Assembly (NCBI GenBank): GCA_004022145.1
Contig: RCNU01000055.1
Length of the DNA: 12,799 bases
From: Paecilomyces variotii
Lineage: Eukaryota
Reading direction: 5' to 3' (one strand)
Both the position numbers and the translations under genes were made by a program. This document shows positions 10,315-12,799 of the stretch, piece after piece (within the stretch, counting starts at the first letter, position 1; each line of letters starts with the position of its first letter). The notes below the pieces were generated by a model. The model ran no database searches and was not told the origin of the DNA. It worked only from the letters and a program-made list of their open reading frames with translations.

Positions 10315-11340
10315 TAAGATATATTTTTTATCTCTATAGTCTTATTACTTGCTTCTTTTTTATAATATAATATAATCTTTATTTCTTATGCTAAGTACTA
10401 TAGATTAAGTCTTATTTTATCTTAAAATATAGAAATATAAAATTATCTTATAAGCTCTTAATATATAAAATTCTCCTTAAAAGCTAATCTTAAGGCTATA
10501 TATCTTTTTTATAAATATAACTAAATAAAATATTTAAGTCTTAGATAAAAATCTATAATAAGCTTTAGATAAGAGATTAAATATTTTTCTCCCCTTATAA
10601 GAAACTCTATAGCTTTCTTAATTATATTATTATTAATCTTATTAAAAGGTTTTTTAGCTTATTTATTATTATTTTAAGGGTTTATATTAATAGAGAACTC
10701 TTCTATTTTTATATTATTAGCAGCTTTTTTAATTTTTATAGAATTAGATAAGGTATAGTTAAAACTTTTTTTACCTTTTAGTTCTTTAAGCTAAATTATT
10801 AGAAATACTTATTTAAATTTAATATTATTAGAAGAGTAATATAGCTACTCTTTTAATAATATACTTAATAATTAATATATATTTTTAAAGAGAATCTTTA
10901 GTTATTATTTTATTATTATTAGTATTATTTTAATTATTGCTTTTAAAACCTTTTTAATATTTTTAATTTATATCTCTTTTTTTATCTCTATTATATTTAC
11001 TAAAAGGCGCATATATAATTTATAGATTTTTTAAAGCTTCTTTAATATTAGCTAATATTATAGTAGGGAGGATTAGCGTAAAGAATATAATTAGTTAAGA
11101 GGTTATATACTTCTGCTTAAAGTCTTTAAAAAGTCTATAAGTAAAGCAATAGAGAATAAAAGGAAATACCTTTTAGTTATTTAGAATAAAATAATTAGCT
11201 TTACTTTTCTATTATTATTTAGTATTAGTTTAGTATTAGATTATTATTAGTTTACTATATTAGTTTATAGCTAGAGCTTCTCCTTTAGCTCTACTCTAAA
11301 CTCTAAAGCTAAATACCTTTCTCTTCTTTCTTAATACTTA
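10315..11340 (-). pseudogene. Unidentified RIP-degraded coding-like relic, cut by insertion of copy B
   Basis: Purine-rich minus strand with a plausible frame (FILYCFTYRLFKDFKQK...KEALKNL*IIYAPF, ~11160-11000) interrupted by TAA/TAG. No family motif securely recognised. Confidence 0.3.
11220..11267. repeat. Degenerate ~11-bp tandem repeat, about 4 copies (tagtattagtt)
   Basis: tagtattagtt / tagtattagat / tattattagtt / tactatattagtt. Confidence 0.5.
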
Positions 11341-11389
11341 CTTGCTTAAAGACTTTATACTAAGTCTTAATATATCTTTCTATAATAAA

Positions 11390-12799
11390 TTAAAGCTAAA
11401 TATAGGAGGCGTTAAAATATTAAATAGAAATAAGGGAGAAAAAAAATTAGAAGCTAAAGTTAAGGCTAAAACTAAAAAAAAGGTAAGAAGCAATAAAAAA
11501 ATAAATAAAATAATTAAAAAAAATCACTACTATAAATAAAAAAAGATAAATATATCTCTTAGATTAGCAGAGACAATAAATATAATATAGGGTAAAAATA
11601 TATATTAGTAATAAGAGAAAGGAAGGACTATTAAATATAAAGAAAAGCTTAGTAAATATAAAAAGGAAATAGAAATTTAAAAGGAATAAGAAATTATTAA
11701 ATAAGAACTATTTATTAAAAAGTAGAAAAATTTCTTATTATTATCTTTATTATTATTCCTTTAAAAAAATATAAAGAAAAGCATTAATTTTTTTAATATT
11801 AGTTAAAATAAAAGGACTTCTAGCTCTTTAGTATTACCGGGTCTAAAGATATAGATAGCTTAAGTATCTAAAAATATAGGACTACTAATAATATAGCTAA
11901 TCTAGATTATATTAGCTCTGCAGATATTAATACTTAAAAATCCTAGGGCATTATATTTTAAAAGAGATAATATTATTTATTACTTAAGGCTTTTTAAGAG
12001 GCTATATAAGGTAAATTAACTCCTAAAAAAAAAAAAAAAAACTAAATAGTTTATAAACTATTATAGCCCATTAGTATTATTATAAATAAATACTTAATTT
12101 AAATATAAAAAAAAGAACTACTTAAAATTAGTAAAAGTAATTAAATAAGAATATATTTATTATAATAAGTATTAAAAAAAATATAATATTTAATAGCTAA
12201 AAAGATTTAAAAATATAAAATATAATAGCTCTAAGGACCTAAAAGAATATAATTAAAAATATTAAATTATATTAGAAGCGCTAATAACTTTAAATAAGTT
12301 AAGTTAATATTTATAGAGAGTTTAATATCTTTAAGAACTTTTAAAAGAGCTTAAATAATAAATAGTTTAAGAATTAAATATAGATTATTATACTCTATTT
12401 ATTATTAAATATATTAATTTCTATAAAGAGATAATAAATAAAGTAAAAATAATTAAAACTTTTTGCTACCTTAACAGTAATAAACTAGAGAAAGATTAAG
12501 ATATAATAACTTTAATAAAGGAAAAGGTAATTAAAGAAGATAATATATAACTTTTTATTAAACTTAATAAAACTTATTTAAATAAAAATAAGAATAGGAC
12601 TAAATAATAGAATATTAAAATAAAGTTAATAAAGCAGTTATAGATTAATTAATTAATAAAAAAGTTTAAAAAATTAAAACTATATAGTATATAGTATATA
12701 AGGAGGCTTAATAATAGTATACCTAATACTAGCATAAATATATAAGCTAGGGCATTTTTAAGATTTAATCTAACTAGAGAATCTAAAATATTTCTAAAT
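11390..12799 (+). pseudogene. Unidentified RIP-degraded coding-like relic running off the window
   Basis: A-rich plus strand with the same RIP signature and long codon-like runs broken by TAA/TAG (e.g. KTFCYLNSNKLEKD ~12456-12497, ARAFLRFNL ~12746-12772). Product unknown. Confidence 0.3.
12025..12041 (+). repeat. Poly(A)17 tract
   Basis: Read directly from the sequence. Confidence 0.9.

Noticed and set aside
11349..11368. Small hairpin aagactt-N6-aagtctt at the skew switch
   Set aside because: A 7-bp stem is expected by chance in DNA this AT-rich.
11280..11475. Loose inverted similarity between 11280-11340 and 11410-11475
   Set aside because: Only low-complexity purine-rich matching; no convincing base-level alignment.
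11342..11539. 65-aa Lys-rich ORF from the ORF track
   Set aside because: TTG start and no recognisable domain; K/N/I richness is the expected product of G-to-A conversion of E/D/V codons. A chance stop-free stretch of RIPed DNA.
12025..12041. LINE/SINE poly(A) tail
   Set aside because: No TSD or RT/endonuclease motif recognised upstream; A-runs also arise from RIPed purine tracts and slippage, as at 4736-4747.
1..12799. Functional genes under an alternative genetic code (ciliate, mitochondrial, AT-rich endosymbiont)
   Set aside because: Catalytic residues are destroyed (YVDD reads YINN in both copies) and stop positions follow RIP transitions, so stop reassignment would not rescue the proteins.

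Overview
Extremely AT-rich, TpA-saturated, CpA/TpG- and CpG-depleted DNA, typical of fungal (filamentous ascomycete) repeat-induced point mutation (RIP). There are no intact genes. Positions 1-10314 are two RIP-inactivated Ty1/copia LTR retrotransposons of one family. A complete copy (66-5366, minus strand, 273-bp LTRs, 5-bp ATATT target-site duplication) has inserted antisense into the 5' leader of a related copy (leader 1-65, remainder 5367-10314, plus strand, 3' LTR 10039-10314; its 5' LTR should lie just left of the window). The result is an imperfect inverted repeat with ~5-kb arms and a ~340-bp spacer. Degenerate gag, protease, integrase, RT and RNase H motifs are readable in both arms. 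The LTRs end in non-canonical CT, and the PBS is of the half-tRNAiMet (copia/Ty5) type. The two copies differ strongly in the gag N-terminal region but mainly by RIP transitions in the pol segments compared. 10315-12799 is further RIP-degraded, unidentified, coding-like DNA. I found no evidence for a new functional system beyond these retroelement features. All alignments were by eye.
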